Part shown: positions 35,893 through 36,272 of the stretch, in pieces | Position numbering within the stretch: position 1 is the first letter of the stretch | Layout of the letters: each line of letters starts with the position of its first letter | DNA from: Nitrospiria bacterium | GTDB lineage: Bacteria; Nitrospirota; Nitrospiria; SBBL01; JAADHI01 | NCBI GenBank assembly: GCA_046756725.1 | Contig: JBHHWW010000002.1 | Location: forward strand, 1 to 36,272 | Length of the DNA: 36,272 nt | Reading direction: 5' to 3' | Notes under the pieces: generated by a model | The model's database searches: none | What the model saw: only the letters and a program-made list of their open reading frames with translations | Told to the model about the DNA's origin: nothing | Program-made: the position numbers and the translations under genes

Positions 35893-36272
35893 ATGAAAAA
35901 ATCTTATATCATTTTCAGCACATTACTGATGATGCTGATGCCACTTAGAAATGCCTCTGCAGACCATGAAATTCCGAATATCCCAGATCTTAGGATTCCC
36001 CGTTGGGTAAAATCGTTTCGCTTCAAAGGAGATTTCAGACTACGATATCAACACGATAAAAAAAACGGGGAGAATGATCGGAATCGTGGACGCGTGAGAG
36101 CCCGGTTGGGAATCAACGCGAAGGTCACGGAAGATCTCAAAGTCCACCTGGTCTTGCCAGCGGCGGGGACGACCCGAGAACCACCAACCAGACCTTTGAA
36201 AACAGTTTTGATACACCCGATCTTCATTTCGATTACTTCTTTGCAGAATATAAAGTCTCAAAAGATTCAACT
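35893..36272 (+). pseudogene. Putative outer-membrane porin (Porin_5-like), N-terminal part, with an apparent single-base frameshift near 36150; runs off the right edge
   Basis: Not in ORF track. MKKSYIIF...NASA signal, then W...F.FKGDFRLRYQ...RNRGRVRARLG..KV; the family-like continuation GLASGGDDPRTTNQTFENSFDTPDLHFDYFFAEY lies in the -1 frame from 36150. Confidence 0.7.

Noticed and set aside
349-36270. Numerous short antisense or alternate-frame ORFs in the track (e.g. 349-708, 8269-8766, 14231-14776, 20774-21253, 28961-29479, 34927-35472)
   Set aside because: They overlap well-supported genes and lack SDs and recognisable motifs; these are shadow ORFs.

Overview
Chromosomal region of a diderm bacterium, most consistent with Nitrospirota. 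This is inferred from an actinobacterial-type Pup-proteasome operon sitting alongside lipoproteins, PBP1B and a porin. The centrepiece is a complete, compact minus-strand operon arc/mpa-dop-pup(GGE)-prcB-prcA-pafA, followed immediately by an M23 peptidase. Housekeeping genes include typA, tRNA-Phe(GAA), rlmB, cysS, pcm, ppdK, glyQS, tsaB, rimI, tatA/B-tatC, mrcB and a LivK-type binding protein. Unexplained elements: (1) a stand-alone 853-aa lipoprotein with its own promoter, palindromic operator candidate and flanking terminators; (2) an exported His/Met-rich HMA-like protein with CxxH, divergent from an orphan sigma54 regulator carrying GAFTDA; (3) a tatC - Asp-box propeller - RCC1/BLIP-II-like propeller - PBP1B envelope cluster; (4) a 55-aa gene missing from the ORF track; (5) mini-ORFs that exactly bridge adjacent genes; (6) a frameshifted porin at the right edge. 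I saw no CRISPR array, integrase or transposase. All calls come from manual motif recognition, not database searches.
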